From assembly GCF_006345805.1 (NCBI RefSeq), contig NC_042998.1, positions 177,754,001 through 177,818,000 on the forward strand: 64,000 bases of DNA, in the 5' to 3' direction. Both the position numbers and the translations under genes were made by a program. This stretch comes from Octopus sinensis. Lineage: Eukaryota. The notes below the pieces were generated by a model. That model did not search any database and had not been told where the DNA came from. It was given only the letters and a program-made list of their open reading frames with translations. Positions 13,353-27,299 of this stretch are shown piece by piece; within the stretch, counting starts at the first letter, position 1, and each line of letters starts with the position of its first letter.

Positions 13353-13749
13353 ACAAATGATGACAGACCAAGTAATGACAATTTTTAATGCCTTTGATAT
13401 ATACATTTCAGATAATTGCACAACAGATAAAAAGGAATATCATCTCTTATGCAAAATCTTCCATATATCAAAATATTTTAATATGTCTTAACTGTAGAAG
13501 ATTTTGCAGAGGAAGTGAAATTCCGTTTTTTATCTACCATGCAATTATCTGAAATGTATGCATTAAATGCATTAAAAAATATCATTACTCAGTTTCACTT
13601 CATTTTACACATAATATGACTATGTTCTGTACATGCTCGCCAATCCTAACTCCATTCACACCGATACTATGGGGTAGTTTGTTCTAACTCGAACTGAAAA
13701 TTCTGGTAACATACATTGCTTCTAAGCAATTACATATACACACACACAA

Positions 13750-13908
13750 CAGGCTTCTTTCAGTTTCCATCTACCAATTCTACTCAGAAGACTTTGGTTG
13801 GCAGGGGGCTATAGCAGAAAACATTTGCACAAATTGCCATGTTGTGGGACTGAATGCAAAGCTCTATCGTTGGGAAGCAAGCTTCATTACACAGCTATGC
13901 CTGTGCCT
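13750..13908 (-). mobile_element. SINE, head type A (head plus core)
   Basis: Reverse match to 52764-52925. Confidence 0.8.
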
Positions 13909-14080
13909 ATACATATGTGTGGGGGGGGGTGTGTGTGTGTGTTGTAGAGGATAAATGGTGTTTTTTTAAGCTGAAATTACAAATTATATTTTATTTTGAT
14001 TCTTGTTCTATGACCACAAACAAAATAACATCATCATCCCAGTTTTAGACAATAACATGCCTTAGCCAGATGACAATAAT

Positions 14081-14198
14081 CAAAAGGCTTTGGTTGTCCT
14101 GAGGTTATAGTAGAAGACACCTTCCCAAGGTACAAGACAGTGGGACTGAACTTGGAACCATGTAGTTGAGAAGCCACCACCCAACCATGCCTGCACCT
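14081..14198 (-). mobile_element. SINE, head type A (head plus partial core), followed by (TA)n
   Basis: Reverse match to 52764-52890. Confidence 0.75.
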
Positions 14199-14247
<49 letters not shown>

Positions 14248-16419
14248 GAATAGAAATTATGAAGTTAGTGAGAATAATGGCAGAGTGTGAGCAGAGAGAT
14301 AAAGAATAACTGCAAAAAGATAAAAAGAAATAAGAAAATGGAGCAAGGACTAAAGCCTTAAAATGTACTGAAAAAAAGGTAGAAATATACTCTATCATTT
14401 GTAACAAGTGCAATGCTAGTGTGTGTGTGTGTGTGTGCGCTCACACATGCATGCAAACACATTTGAAAATATAATCATTACTACCATTTTCCTCATTTTA
14501 CATCTGCTTTCCATGCTTGTATGAGTTGGGTGAGTCATCATAGAGTCAGTTCTTATTTAGAGATACTGCTCTCCTAGACTGAATGAAAGACCATACACAT
14601 ACACAAACATCCAAACTACATATCACCTATCATCATATATTGCCTAGATTATTATTTTCAATGGGACACTACATGACAAAACAATTAAAACATTAAATGC
14701 ATGACCTAGCAACACTTATGTATGACAAATATATCTCTAACATCATTTGAACTCATTCTGTAATATTTAAGAGAAAGTAAGAATAACATCGGAGAATTTT
14801 TATAGGTTTAGCTATGCTACAACCACCTTTACTTGAATAATTTTTATACTAATACTTTCATCTTTCTATTTGTTGATGGGCTAGGTTATTTCAAGATAAG
14901 CCTGTGTGTGTAAACAAGTCAGTTGCAATGATAAGTCACACATTTAGAGTATTTACTACAGAAACACTCAAACAACTGACAAAGAATGGACATTCAGAAG
15001 CTATAAATGATTTCTTTCTCAGTGACAAGATGTTTTTTGTTTGTTATTCTGTAAAGTTTAACTTGTTTTTAGCAGACAGATAAAAGCATAGAAATAAATG
15101 AAAGAAAAGAAAGCCTTGTTATAGTAGAATCTTTTAAAATGACATAGTGCAAAGAAGAGAGGGAGTTAGTGACCATATTCTTTTGAAGCTCTTCCTAGGT
15201 TGGTGAGGTTAATGTAGTTGGTGTTTAATTTGATCTTCCATAGGCTAATGAATATTGGGAAAATGTAGGCTATAGAGGTGTTTCAGAAGATTACTGTCTT
15301 AAGAGAAAAAAACTGAGTGTAGAGTATTTAGTGTATACAGTACGTGAGACAAGAGAAGGTGGCAGCGAGACAAAAAGAGAAGATGAAAGGGTAAGTGGTG
15401 GGTTCAGAAATATTAAATATATTTAAGCACACTTACCTAATATTCATACTATTTAAACATTTTAATAATTCATGATATATATCTTTAAAAAAGTCATCTG
15501 TCATGTCAAGTTGTAAACAAATTAGAAAAATGAACCATTTTTTGATAAAAGCTGGAATTGACTCCAGCTGAATTTGAAGACAAAAATGTAAACTAAAAAC
15601 CACAGAATATTTAGTCAAGTCTTCTAACAACTTGATACTTGTTATACAAATAACAAACATTTATTCTGATAATAACAATGTATTTCTAAAATGTCAACTG
15701 CTTATCTGCTTAGACAAAGAAATTATTGGAAATATGACCATTCCAAAAATATTCTAAATGCTCTTGGAGCATGGATGATGAAAATATTATAAAAACTATG
15801 AAATTAAACCCCCATGTAGCTCATCTAAACAGGACACACCCAAATTTTCAGGAAAAAAACAAAAAAACGAATGTATCAAATTATACACACTTTAAAACAT
15901 AGCACAAATATTTACTTTCTTTATGATTCCATAGTAAATTCTTGTTGGTGGGGTGAAATATTTCCAAAAATCAAGAAAAGGTCAGGTGAATACCAAAGTA
16001 ACTATTGATATGGTTTCACTAAAACAACTTCAAACCAAATAAACTTTACTGAGATAAATGGCTTGTTTAATAATTCTTTCCTCTACCTTCACTTAGATAC
16101 AACAGCCAGCCATTTTATTTTGCAAACTTTAGTAGAAACTGTTTTTAGTGGAACATTAGTAATATGTTGTTGCTATGAAACTTAACTTTTAAAAAGAGAT
16201 CGCAGATATAAAAATGATAAAATAAAGTTTAAAAAATCATGAACCACATACATTGATTCAAATAAAAATCAAGTAGACAAGGAATGAGTCTTGTTGCGCT
16301 CTATATGTGTGTGTCACAAATTTGAGTTTGTAAAATATCTAGAATATTTTAACTGAAATATGTTCTGATAAACATGTATGTGTGTATGTGCATGTGTGTG
16401 CATGTGAATGCAGTCAGTC

Positions 16420-16590
16420 TGTTTATCTTTTATTTTGTTTCAGTAATTTGACTGTGGCCATGCTGGGGCATTGTCTTGAAGGTTTTAGTCAAACAAACTG
16501 ACACCAGGACTTTTTTAAAGCCTAGTAATTATTGTCAGTAAAACACACCAACACTGGTTGTCAAGCAGTGAGACAAACACACACACACAC
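16420..16590 (-). mobile_element. 3' half of a SINE type A with CR1-like tail
   Basis: Reverse match to 52960-53137 (tgtttcagtaatttgactgtggccatgctgg). Confidence 0.7.
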
Positions 16591-16839
16591 ATCGTTGCTA
16601 TTATGTTACACTGTTGTATGTCCTAATTTGGCCAAATGCATTTTTTAAATATTTATTTTTGCTTGCAATAGCTGGTTCTTTTGGTTAAACTATCATATCT
16701 CCAGCTGCTTCAGATGCCAAGATATCAAAAATTGTCGAACTGTAGTACAATGGATTTGCTATGGAATGATGAAACTATTTTTTCCTTTTCTGAAAAAGCA
16801 ATGTTTTGGACTTACAACACTTTTGCATAATAGCAATGA

Positions 16840-17343
16840 TCATTATCATCATCATCATTTAACGTCCATTGTCCATGCTGGCATGAGTGGGGCAGTTTGA
16901 CTGGGTTGGCCCACTTGAAGGCTGCACCAGACTCCAGTCTGATTTGGCATGGTTTCCTACAGTTGGATACTCTTCCTAATGCCAACCACTCCAAGAGCGT
17001 AATGGGTGCTTTTATGTGCCACCAGCACGGGTGCCATTTGTGTGACATGGGGGTGCATTTATATGCCACCAGCACAGGTGCCAAGGGAGGCTGGTAACAG
17101 CCATGATCGGTTGGTGCTTTTTAAGTGCCACTGGCATGGAAGCCAGTTAAGGTGGCGCTGGCATCAGCCACATTCGGATGGTGCTTTTTATGTGCTACTG
17201 GCACAGGTATCACAACTACAATTTCCATTTCATTTTTTGATGTTGATGTACTTGACTCAATAGGTCTCCTCAAGCACAGCAGGTTGCCCTACAATCCATG
17301 GTAAGCACAGCAGTTCTTCGCAGTCACAGCATATCTCCAGAGG

Positions 17344-17347
<4 letters not shown>
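16840..17347 (-). mobile_element. RTE LINE 3' UTR and tail
   Basis: (CAT)n followed by tttaacgtcc... the reverse complement of the RTE 3' end. Confidence 0.85.
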
Positions 17348-17396
<49 letters not shown>

Positions 17397-17553
17397 CAGG
17401 CTTCTTTCAGTTACAGTCTATCAAATCAATTCACAAGGTTTTGGTTGGCCTGAGGCTATAATACAAGACACTTGCCTAAGCTGCCATGCCGTGGGACTGA
17501 ACTGAAAACCATGACGTTAGGAAGCAATCTTCTTACCACACAGCCACACCTGC
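17397..17553 (-). mobile_element. SINE, head type A
   Basis: Reverse match to 52764-52925; preceded by (TA)n at 17348-17396. Confidence 0.8.
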
Positions 17554-18298
17554 ATTTTTTAATTTTTTTAATGTCAATCAAGGAAGGTGGATGCCTATAG
17601 ATTTTCCAGTCCCTCCAAGACTAGTAAGTCTTGAACAGCTAAAGTGAAAAAAGAAAGTGAAAAAAATAAAAAGCATAGCCAAAAAGAGAATTCCATAGGA
17701 TGCAGTTATGAGGAGAAATGACTGAAGCATTTTGTGCAAAATCAAAGAGGTGAAGAGAACAGTATGAGTGGAGATGTTGCTGTGGTAGGGATAAAAAGCA
17801 CCCAGACAGTGTTCTTTCTCCATACTGATGTGCCTTGAATGAGTGAAGGATGTGAAAGTGTATACCCAGGGTATTTGGTCACATACTGAATTACCTCTGA
17901 TGAGTTAGGAATATAACACATGATAACATGGATATAACACATGATAACATGTGCTTAAATGCATGTAGACATCTGCAAGCTTGCATCATGAAGAGTTGGT
18001 GAGAAAGAATAAAGATGTGTGGAAGTGTGAATGTATGATGTGATAAAACTCAAGCTATGTGAAAAAAAATTTCATCAGATCGTATCTAAATACATCTGCC
18101 AATACAAATATTATTTAAGACAGAAAAAAAAAAGACACAAACATTCAACTAAAAATGTATTTAAAAAATTGTAGTATACATTTCTTGGGGAATGTCCTAG
18201 TTTGTCATCCTAGTGTTTCAAAAACGGAAATAAATTGCTTGCAGTGAAGTACTGTCTGATCTCACTCACCTCTTATATTAACAGTAGTCAAGAGAGTA

Positions 18299-18990
18299 GT
18301 GAGATCAAAAATAACTTCCAACCTACAGAGTAACTATCTCCTAAATCCCAACCAGCATAGTTTTCTTGATGGCAGAAACTGTTTAACAGTTTCTTCACCA
18401 CACAAAGACATTTTAAATGCTTTAGAAGAGGGCTCCAACACTAATCTCATATATCTTGACTTCAGTAAAGCCTTTAACAAAATTAACAAGAAACTGCTGA
18501 AAGAGTTATCCAATACTGGAAAGATATTGCAGTAGATTGTTTCCTGGTAAACAAAACCCAGCAAGTAATTGACAGAATCCCCTAGAATGCTGTGTAGAAC
18601 CCACAACAAACATCAACAGAATAAGTAGCCAGACAGAACACCAATCTATGATTCAAAGATATAAAAGAAAACAAAATGGCATGACAGGCTTTGATTACTG
18701 AGATTGCCTCAAAAGGTTCTGACTCTAGTCTCTCCAACACCAATATGATTGCTATATAATTTGTACAACATGGAAAATATTCCTTTAACATTGACCAAAC
18801 AATGCTGGTATCAAGTTAACAAATTACTAAAGATTAGGTCCCCAAGACAAGACCAGATAAAAATCAAGCTCACACCACATATCATTGTAACAGCCTCCAA
18901 GAAATACCAGTCAGACCATTTACACCTGGATACATTTTCACCAACATCAACTCCTTACTTGAGCAAGATAAAGTGTCCCAAAATATAACT
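18299..18990 (+). mobile_element. Old CR1-like LINE reverse-transcriptase fragment
   Basis: LLNPNQHSFLDGRNCL...ILNALEEGSNTNLIYLDFSKAFNKI matches CR1-group RT motifs; many stops downstream. Confidence 0.75.
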
Positions 18991-19253
18991 TGAAAGACTT
19001 CATCAGGTGATGCTATTCAGTTAATCATAGCCTGTTCCAATAATGGAAGTAAAGTTATCGAAATACTACACAGGTTGGGCTAAAAGTCATGAACGTATTT
19101 CTTAATTTTTTTTTTGTTTTCAATTTACAATACCCCAGTATTATATATGAAATAGTTGTAAGCTAAGTTGGAAAAATAACATCTAAATAATAAAAAAAAT
19201 AATTTAAAAGATTTGTTAAAAGTTCATACATTTCCATGACTTTTAGCCCACTT

Positions 19254-19297
<44 letters not shown>

Positions 19298-19412
19298 ATC
19301 CTTGGTTCCACTTCACTTTCCTCTAAGTTGAGTGTGCCCCACCTCCTCACATAATCACCATCTTCTCTCCCCACTCAATTGTTTTGCAAATAATTTGGTG
19401 GCCTTAGGATGC

Positions 19413-21013
19413 CCAGGCAATAACGGAGGAATTCAAGACAGGATGCCCTTGGGAGCTCCTCTATGCTGATGACCTTGCTCTAATTGCTGAGTCGCTATCA
19501 GAACTGGAGGAAAAGTTTCAGGTGTGGAAACAAGGATTAGAATCGGAGGGCCTCAGAGTCAATCTAGCTAAAACCAAAGTCGTAATCAGTAGGAAGGTAG
19601 ACAAATCACAAACGCCTTCAGGTAGATGGCCCTGCTCGATCTGTAGAAAAGGTGTAGGTAGAAACTCTATAAGATGCACCAAGTGTAAGCTATGGACACA
19701 TAAGAGGTGCAGCAATGTCAAAGGAAGGCTAACTAGGAAGATGGTTTTTGTATGTGGCAGATGCTCAGGAACAATAAACACTGAAAATGCTCTGAGACCA
19801 ACTTCCGTCACTTTCCAGGGAGAAAAACTAGAAATAGTTGATAGTTTCCGTTACCTAGGTGACCAAGTCAGTAGCGGGGGCGGGTGTGCTGAAAGTGTAA
19901 CTGCTAGAGTAAGAATAGCTTGGGCAAAGTTCAGAGAGCTCTTACCTCTGCTGGTGACAAAAGGCCTCTCGCACAGAGTGAAAGGCAGACTGTATGATGC
20001 GTGTGTACGAACAGCCATGCTACATGGCAGTGAAACATGGGCCATGACTGCTGAGGATATGCGTAAGCTCGCAAGAAATGAAGCCAGTATGCTCCGATGG
20101 ATGTGTAATGTCAGTGTTCATAATCGACAGAGTGTAAGTACCTTGAGAGAAAAGCTGGACCTAAGAAGCATCAGTTGTGGTGTGCAAGAGAGACGATTGC
20201 GCTGGGTATGGTCATGTGACGAGAATGGATGAAGATAGTTGTGTGAAAAAGTGCCACACCCTAGCGGTTGAGGGAACCTGTGGAAGAGGCAGACCCAGGA
20301 AAACCTGGGACGAGGTGGTGAAGCACGACCTTCGAACTTTAGGTCTCACTGAGGAAATGACTAGAGACCGAGTCCTCTGGAAGTGTGCTGTGCGCGAGAA
20401 GACCCGGCAGGACAAGTGAGTCCATAACCCATGGCCTTCTACTTGGGATGGAGACAGCCTACGTATGCATACCTTCCCTTCTTGGGACACAAAACTCTAC
20501 TTGTGAAGACCTGTTGAGGCAAGTGAGGATCAGAATGGAAATCGATCAATGGAAATTGCAGATGTGTTACCAGTGCCGGTGGCATGTCGAAACTCTACTT
20601 GTGAAGACCCGTTGAGGCAAGTGAGGATCAGAATGGAAATCGATCAATGGAAATTGCAGATGTGTTACCAGTGCCGGTGGCATGTAAGAGAACCTTCCGT
20701 TTCGCGACCGTTGCCAGCACCGCCCCGTTTCGTGTCCATTGCCAGCCTCGCCTGGCCCTTGTGCCGGTGGCACATAAAAAGCACCATCCGTTCGTGGCCG
20801 TTTGCCAGCTCTGTCTGGCACCTGTGCGGGTGGCATGTAAAAAGCACCCACTACACTCACGGAGTGGTTGGCGTTAGGAAGGCATCCAGCCGTAGAAACA
20901 CTGCCAGATTTGACTGGGCCTGATGAAGCCTTCTGGCTTCACAGACCCCAGTAGAACCGTCCAACCCATGCTAGCATGGAAAACGGACGCTAAACGACGA
21001 TGATGATGATGAT
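19413..21013 (+). mobile_element. Young 5'-truncated RTE-clade LINE with RT C-terminus, embedded PHD-like finger, 3' UTR and (GAT)n tail
   Basis: LLYADDL motif at about 19458-19478, ORF 19522-20232, one frameshift near 20200, continuation in 20177-20419, and a 98-bp tandem duplication in the 3' UTR. Confidence 0.95.
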
Positions 21014-21014
21014 A

Positions 21015-21197
21015 TTGGTGCCCTGTAAAAAGCACTCAGTACACTGTAACGTGGGTAGCATTAGGAAGGGCATCTAACCATAGAAACCATGCCAAAGCAA
21101 ATAGTAAAGTTTGGTGCAGATTTCTGACTTGCCAGCTCCTACCATCCAACCCATGCCAGCATTATGGAAAACAGGAAATGATGATGATAATAATGAT
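21015..21197 (+). mobile_element. Older RTE 3' tail fragment
   Basis: ttaggaagggcatc...ccaacccatgccagca...(GAT)n-like end. Confidence 0.7.
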
Positions 21198-21594
21198 GTG
21201 TGTGTGTATACACATACACACACTTTCAATGAAATAAACATTCATATATACAATTAGATTCTTTTCTTTATTCTCTATACAGCACCAAGTTTAAAATACC
21301 TACAGTAAATAAAGCAAGCCAAGCCTGACCAAACTTTTTAAATGAAAATATATATTTCAAGAAAATCAGTCACACTTGGATTATCATTATTTTTTTTTTT
21401 TGTAAATTAGTACAAGGTCACAAATATGTAAGGCAGAGGTAAAACCAATAGAATTATTCTCAATTGTTCACTAGTAGATATGGTGTTGAATAGTATATAA
21501 GTCTTAACCCATGCTATGGAACATGAACATTAAATGATGTTGATGGTGATCTATAATGTACAAACCTATAGGTGTCAGCCAACAGGTATGTCAA

Positions 21595-21705
21595 TAGGTG
21601 CAAGCATGGCTGTATGGGTACAAAATTTGCTTTGCAACCACATGGTTTCAGGTTTTGTCCCACTACATAGAATCTTAAACAAGTGTCTACTCTACATACC
21701 CTCAT
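21595..21705 (+). mobile_element. Degenerate SINE head, type A
   Basis: gcatggctgtatggg...ccacatggtttcagg similar to the type A head. Confidence 0.6.
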
Positions 21706-22226
21706 GAACATCATCTGGGAAAAAACAAATACAGTGATAGTGTTTATATTTGGCAATAAACAAAAGTCTCATAGTTCAGCAGATGCATGTAGGCCAGTGA
21801 AATGAAAAGTATTCTATTTGAAAGATAAATGGAATACAGGAAGTACATCCAGCTGCAGAAAATTTACCTCAAGAAATTTTGTCTAACTCATACAAGCAAG
21901 GAATAAATAAATGTAAAAACAATGGTAGTGATGATGATTATGTGTGTAAATTTCACAAGAAGTATAGAAGCTGTAAATGACTACCTTTTTCGAATTGTCT
22001 CAGTGGACATCACAAATGAGATCAGCCAGATCTTGCCATCTACATACAACAATATTACTGTATAGAACCAGTGTAATGTAACAACCCAGAAGAATAAACT
22101 TTGGGGAGATTTGAACTAACAACATGTAGAAACAACAAAATACTGTGAGGCACTCAATAAGGTGATTTACTCTTCTCCACTGGTTCAGTGTCATTAGATT
22201 AGTAACAATATAATGATGATGATGAT

Positions 22227-22850
22227 GGTTTCTAATGTAGGCAGAGGCTGCAAATTTTGAGGAAGTTTAATAAATAGCAATAATAATGGTTTCTGATTTA
22301 GGCATAAGACCAATAATTTTGAGGAGAATGAATTAGTTGATACTATTGACCCCAGTACTTTAATAGTACTTTATTTTATCAACCTCAGAAGGATGAAAGG
22401 TAAAGTCTGACATCAGCTGGATTTGAACTCAGACTGTCAAGAAACAAAATAATAATACAATATAAAGTGGAGTAAGAAAAGATGTTAAGCCTTTTTCCTA
22501 TGCTCTTCCAATACCAGCTCACCTGACCCCCATACTTGAATGATACTTTATTATACCAACCCTGAAAGGATGAAAGCAAAGTTGACTTTTGCAAGATTTG
22601 AACACCAAATGTAAAGAGCCATAACAAATATCACAAAGCACTGTTTCTGACACTAATGATTCCAACAATTTGCCATCCTAGGCCAAAAATTAGAAATTGG
22701 GAGGAGGAGGAGGCAGTCAATTATCTTGACCTAGTATTTAATTAGTACTTTATTTTTTTTTATCCACAGAAGGATGAAAGACAATGTTGACCTCAGTGGG
22801 ATTTAAACTCTGAACACAAGTACTGCAAGGCTTTTGTCTGATATTTATGC
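22227..22850 (-). mobile_element. Cluster of about three degenerate type B SINEs
   Basis: The motif aaggatgaaag...gatttgaactc recurs at about 22390, 22567 and 22770. Confidence 0.7.
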
Positions 22851-23766
22851 TTAGGAAGTATTCAACAGAAAATTGTCAGTTGAAATGAGTCACTTGATAT
22901 TGGTTACAAGAGCAACAACTTCTCATATGATTACTACTTGATAAAAGGACTCTTTCAAGGATTGATAGTATATGTGTATGTATGTGTTTGTGTGCGTGCG
23001 AAGAAAAATAAACAAGTCTAATACACAGTAGAGGAGCCAGTATTCAATACTATTCAACACCATAAACAAAAGGGTCTCTGTTTTCTCTTCTTTCAGCAAC
23101 ACCCACTCCCAGAAATTAAAAATTTATATACATAGTTTTTATAATATTTCCCAATAACTACATTTTCAGTTGGTAGTGAATGATATGCCTGACAAAAGAA
23201 ACAAGCAAAAACAATCCTGCTTTAACTTTGGTTAAAAAAAAATAAAAGACAGGGGGAAAAAGTCTTCCAAGCTAAAAGTAAACAAAATAAAATGTAAAAA
23301 ATTTTTAATTGATATCCACTAGTTTTACTATTTATTCTTATATCAAAAGAACCAAAACAACTATCTTATCTATTTTTCTGAGGCAATGCAAAAAATCACA
23401 ATCTCTCTCTCTCTCTCTCTCTCTCGCTTTCATAATAGTAGTTATGGTGCTATTAGCACAGAGTAAAGCAGTATTGCAATTTGGTTTTGAATCCCAGATA
23501 GCTATCACACATTTACTGTTAATGATTGCAGAAAAAAGCATGAATGCTTCAATATACTACTCACTTTCCCTCAACTGAAATTCTCAATGAGGAGAGATCC
23601 TTGCATACACAAAAGCTACATAAATTATATAATCACAAATAAAATTCAGATACTTTAAAACACATACTGCAATGATCAAACCTTAATACCAGTAACTATC
23701 AGGAAATAATTTGGGTAACCAAAGAAATCAGCAGTTCGACACATTACAATACGTATACATACATAT

Positions 23767-23814
<48 letters not shown>

Positions 23815-26159
23815 TTCAGGTAAGATTTAACTACTTATATCACTGCAACCAACTCTCATAATAATTCTACTATAAAACTGAAAAGTTGGTAACAGACAAA
23901 AAGTAGAGAAATACATACACTAATAAATCATACCAATGTCTCAATTTCCAAAATCATATAACCTCACATGCATGAAAAAAGTGTGATATATGTGTGCATG
24001 TTCGCATACACACACACACACACGCACACACAATGCCAACAATAGCAAAAGAAAAAAATGGAGTTTCCTATCAGGTTAAATATGCAATAAATATGCCAAT
24101 GATAAAAATATTTATGTATTTAGTTATGGATTTAGTTTTCTTTCTCTAAAATTCAATATACATAAATAGATGTAACTTCAGCTTTTATTAACTTTATGTT
24201 AAAACAAAAATATATTATCACCTTGTTTCAAGTAGCTGAACAGGATTATGGGACAAGAAAGCTAAAAGAAGAAATAACTGAATAAGAAAACTGTTTATTC
24301 AATAATCCTTTATAATAAGTCATGTATAATAAAACTTATAAATATACAATCATTTTAGAAACTTTGATTACAAAAAAATAACAGTTAAAAAAAAAACCCA
24401 CAAAGGTCAATGTATGGAATATGTCATTGAAACATATAACAAAGCAAAATATAAACAGCATCACTATGACATAGTATGAGAAAGAATTGAAAGGAATCTG
24501 TTTCTTGGCAATCAATACTCTAACCTTGAGCCTACATCACATCTGCAATAAGCTGATCAATTTTTTTTTCCTCTTTGTAGCAAGGATTATGAAAAGAGAA
24601 GACATAAAATAATAAATTGTATTAGCTATGTGTTCTCAACCAATACATTTTCCTCCGTAAATAGAAACACCCATATCAAACTGAGAGCAACCAGCAGAAA
24701 ATTGTCCAAGAACTCATTTTACTAAAATGGTGGCAGTAGGAATTTACTATAATTGCAAAAGCAAAATGAATATATAAAGGTTATACTACTTAAAGGGAAA
24801 TTTAATAAAATATCTTCTTTAATTCACAAGAATAGACAGACTAGGATATTTTCAAACAGTTTTCCATTGCTAAGCTTAGATATGATGATGATGTATTAAC
24901 ATGCAATTTATTTCAGAAAATTGTATGTGCACACATTATCTTTCTCTATTTATAGTTGAGTATTGTCAACCACAAGGTTACAGTCTTTAGATGTGAATAA
25001 GTGATCCTGTTTACCTTACATAACACAGACACACACACACACACACACACACATACATAAGGAAGCAATTTGTAGACTGGTTTAATATCACCATTTGGCC
25101 GTTAGGGGGTGTTTAATAGAATACAGATGGCTACAACCATTCAAGTTTGACAATAGCTCCCTCCATTCTTCACACTAGTCTTGGAGGCCCTGAAAAAGTT
25201 GATGGATGCTGTCATTCAACAACTAAGTCATATAAAATAAATAGAAATAAAAGGAAGTAAAAAAAACACCCAAAAGGTTGGAAATTCATCTTATAAGCAC
25301 TGTCCTGTGTCCATTGCCATGACATTGATATCTCAAATAGTCCAGTCCAACTAATTTTTAATGAGTTTCACAGGGTTAAAATAACTAACTCATTGCACTT
25401 CCTGCTATATAAAAAATAGTGATGGTGGTGGCAGCAATGGCAACAGGATTACCCAGTGTTGTTTGCATTAAAATTATATGACAGTTGTACCATATTGTAT
25501 TATTTATAGATTTCCCCATTTTTGGCACCAAGTTATCTCTTTATGCTTTGTTTTTCTTATTTACTTTTCAGGGTAAATCCAAAACTTCCTTATATACAAT
25601 GTTGTGGGGTTTTTTTTATAAGGATTATAGAAAGAAAGAGATTGTAAGAACTTTCAACACTTTTACACACAACATAAAGTTGTCTATGAGAGGGGCCATA
25701 TTATTCCAGTTACAGCCCAGCAACAGATAAAGCAGTCTCTGTGATTTATTTATGGACACAGCAAAATTGAGTTTTAATGGAAACTGCAAACTTTTATATA
25801 CAAGAAGAATTTCTGAATCAGATGGTACCTGAGTGTCCTAGGTATAAAAGCATCTCCCATAGAACAGATACAGATTAACAGAATAAATAATATAAAGGTA
25901 CTAATTTTTTTTAACTACCAGTCTTGTGCTAATAGCTGAAGTTGATCAAGATTACATTGTAGCATAATTGTGACTCCTATTTTCAACAGAAGTCAATGTT
26001 TTGCAAGCCCAGGAGATTTTAAAGAATTTAAGACAGCTTATTATTTTACTGGTTTCAGCCAAGGGACTGTGGTCATGCAAGGGCAGCACTTTGATCAAAT
26101 CAACTCTAGTACTTATTTAAAAAAAGTCTGATACTTACTGTCAGACTTAGGTGCCACTG

Positions 26160-26525
26160 TCAACATTTAACATCCATTTTCCATGCCAAAATAGGTTGGA
26201 TGGTTTGACAGGAGCTGGACAGCTGGCAAGCTGTCCAGACTCCAATTGTCTGTTGTCGTATGGTTTCTATGGCTGGATGCCTTTCCTAAGGCCAACCACT
26301 TAATAGTGTGCTGAGTGCTTTGTATGTGCCACCGGTTCAGGTGTGTTTATGCTGCACTGGCATGAGTGCATTATACATGGTACCAGCACCTATAAAGGAC
26401 AAGCCTATATATATATGGATGGTTACAATTTTACATAACTTGACGTGTCTTCTCAAGTACAACAAATTGCCACAACTCCTGGTCCTTTGTCATTTCCTCA
26501 GTGAGGCCAAACAGTTTCACAAGAT
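26160..26525 (-). mobile_element. RTE 3' end (ORF end plus UTR), degenerate
   Basis: tttaacatccattttccatgcc... through gtcatttcctcagtgaggcc, the reverse of the RTE ORF end. Confidence 0.75.
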
Positions 26526-27299
26526 ACAAAAGAGAGATAAATACAAACACAGACTCAGACATACATGCATACATAAACTTCTGATATGTCATAAGTAGTA
26601 ATGAATTGTAGATGTAAAACTATGATGTCAAACAAAAAGTAGTCAGTACAGTGGATTACACAATCATTGGTGTGACCAAAAAAAAAAAAAACAGGTCTCA
26701 GTAGTCTGAAAGAATCACTGTCAACAGTATAAACAATAAGCTATAGGATCACCTTACAGAAGATTCATAAACTAAGATACTTATAGACTCAGTCCTAAAT
26801 CTTGGATATATTTGGTCATGGATCTACTTGTTCAAGACCAATCTAAGGGCAAACCACAATCACCATCATTATAGTTTTCTATGCTTACACAGGTTGAACA
26901 ATACTCATTAAGGCAGATTTTCTACAGCCAGATGCTCTTCTTGCCACCAGCCTTCACCTGTTTCCAGGCAAGGTAATATTTCCTCATGGTCATAAATAAA
27001 TATCTAACCACACACATAGATGGATGTTGTATCAATTTTCATATTTTGCATCATTTACATCATGTTTAACATCATTTTTCAGCTTAAATTATGACAGTGT
27101 TCTACATTTCTATAAATATTTTTTTTTAAAAAATCTTTTAGTTAGTAAGGAAGACATTGGTCATGACCCTCTACAAGGCATCAAAGACTAGTGGTAGGGA
27201 GATAGGATGTTACTTTAAAACTAAAAACCTGGCCTGAATTCTCACAACACTTCTGCTAAAGATCCCCAAGGTATCAGACAGTGGTGTTATAAACAAGGT

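Noticed and set aside
13111-13491. ORFs rich in YI, CV, HT or ER dipeptides here and at 29013, 45505, 51057-51414, 52211, 59524-59776 and 62496-63602
   Set aside because: They are translations of (TA)n, (TG)n, (CA)n and (GA)n microsatellites, with no coding signal.
15433-15660. 75-codon ORF ending at a perfect TAG|GTAAGT donor
   Set aside because: Very AT-rich with no recognisable protein; the acceptor is ambiguous and the nearest one gives an immediate stop on joining the DIP2 exon. At best a cryptic exon.
16072-16125. Minus-strand ...LYLSE-G|gtagag resembling the canonical DIP2 exon 1 ending
   Set aside because: An in-frame stop lies ten codons upstream, with no ATG or acceptor in frame; a coincidental match.
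17911-17951. Short two-copy tandem duplications (21 bp here; others at 4031-4072, 44301-44375 and 63353-63392)
   Set aside because: Ordinary slippage products with no associated structure.
20492-20685. Regular repeats that could be mistaken for a CRISPR array (also the SINE array at 60195-61500)
   Set aside because: The units lie inside eukaryotic retroposons, have no unique spacers, and there are no cas genes.
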